Shown: positions 31,305-32,000 of the stretch, in pieces
How positions within the stretch are numbered: position 1 is the stretch's first letter
Layout: each line of letters opens with the position of its first letter
Source of the DNA: Serratia phage PCH45
Strand: one strand, 5' to 3'
Length of the DNA: 32,000 bases
Sequence record: NC_091964.1
The notes under the pieces: generated by a model
Told to the model about the DNA's origin: nothing
Database searches by the model: none
What the model saw: the letters and a program-made list of their open reading frames with translations, nothing else
Program-made: the position numbers and the translations under genes

Positions 31305-32000
31305 TTAAGTCCTCCCGGCGATACGCGACGGTGTAGGCAGACATTACGGTACGCATCCCGTTTGCACCGATGTCGATCGGGCAGGTCCAGCTGTAACCAC
31401 GATTTTGGTCGAGGCGAGTCAACTGGGAGTGCGGGATAACGTCCATGCGGTCATCCATGGCACCGGCCGACTTGTTCTTGATCGATTCGTCGGAACGTTC
31501 GATCAGCTGAGCATCTTTCAGCTTCTGGTTGCCGGTCAGGTCACGCCAGGTTTCCCAAGCATAACGCGCCAGCTGCGCAACACACAGACCAACGATAGCT
31601 GAATTCAGGACCGAAGTCTGATCAGTATAGAAGGACTGCATACCAGGATAGAACAGGCGGTTGTTGTGGTCGTAATCTTCCACGTACACAACAGACTGGG
31701 ACCACAGACGGCGTTTGTTACGCCAGGTCTTATCGATCACGTTCAGACCTTTAACTTCAGTAACGATGTAGTTACCGTTGTCAGAGGTATCCGGTGCACG
31801 ATCCGGCGACAGGATGCCAGAATCCAACGCGCCGTAACGCATCAGTTTATAGGCAAGGTCAATCGCCAGTACAGCTGAGACGCGGCGTGAAGTACCCGCG
31901 AGCTGACCGACGTGTCCTACCAGCGCACCACGGAACGGAGGAGTTGCGTACTCCACACTATCCGGGAACATCTGAAGACGAGTGAGAATAGAAGACGCGA
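31297..32000 (-). CDS. Virion structural protein, C-terminal part (possibly tail sheath); the ORF stays open to the window end
   Basis: The track starts it at Met 31971, but the frame stays open upstream (..ASSILTRLQ-MFPDS..) to nt 32000, so the true start is probably outside the window. Confidence 0.75.
   Translation of the reverse strand, partial: ASSILTRLQMFPDSVEYATPPFRGALVGHVGQLAGTSRRVSAVLAIDLAYKLMRYGALDSGILSPDRAPDTSDNGNYIVTEVKGLNVIDKTWRNKRRLWSQSVVYVEDYDHNNRLFYPGMQSFYTDQTSVLNSAIVGLCVAQLARYAWETWRDLTGNQKLKDAQLIERSDESIKNKSAGAMDDRMDVIPHSQLTRLDQNRGYSWTCPIDIGANGMRTVMSAYTVAYRREDLNG

Noticed and set aside
1-32000. tRNA genes, CRISPR arrays, integrase/attachment sites and transposable elements
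   Set aside because: No cloverleaf-like sequence with a GTTCRA T-loop occurs in any intergenic gap (the longest is 189 nt). There are no spaced direct-repeat arrays and no recombinase-like ORFs.

Overview
This window is a gene-dense stretch of a large virulent tailed dsDNA phage of Enterobacteriaceae. All calls come from reading the sequence and the ORF translations by eye; no searches or computations were run. The modular PG-binding/SLT endolysin, collagen-like fibres, an NrdB very close to the enterobacterial one, and stereotyped UUCG-tetraloop terminators recall rV5/PVP-SE1-type myoviruses, but I cannot verify that.

I support about 48 CDS and 12 intrinsic terminators. I see no rRNA, tRNA, CRISPR array, integrase or transposase, and no Walker-A NTPase.

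The terminators divide the window as follows:
- 1..1585 (-): collagen-like tail fibre gene, truncated by the window edge and missing from the ORF track.
- 1668..3214: hypothetical, dUTPase with an N-terminal extension, hypothetical.
- 3263..4696: orphan HigA-like HTH, a secreted protein, two hypotheticals.
- 4783..6246: nrdB plus a DUF1653-like gene.
- 6336..7112 (-): a lone minus-strand gene with its own terminator.
- 7302..13551: a 12-gene block containing several small 4-TM proteins, a DprA/SLOG-like protein, an ATP-grasp ligase and an Ea22-like protein.
- 13595..15301: a 47-aa hydrophobic peptide, a ThyA homologue with large insertions, and a small HTH protein.
- 15353..18108: a 556-aa unknown, two 4-TM proteins and one other hypothetical.
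- 18154..23611: a tail-fibre cluster including a 1332-aa fibre/spike.
- 23745..26968: seven unknown genes.
- 27016..28811: a four-gene cassette with an HslV/proteasome-beta-like Ntn peptidase and a DUF488-like protein.
- 28875..29624: endolysin.
- 29705..30385: hypothetical.
- 30438..32000 (-): two overlapping virion structural genes, possibly tube and sheath.

The most interesting candidates are:
- the stand-alone HslV-like peptidase;
- the SLOG-like plus ATP-grasp pair just upstream of the insertion-bearing ThyA;
- the orphan HigA-like antitoxin;
- the HTH plus 556-aa unknown pair;
- the fibre whose helix-rich regions suggest an alpha/alpha-toroid enzyme rather than a beta-helix spike.
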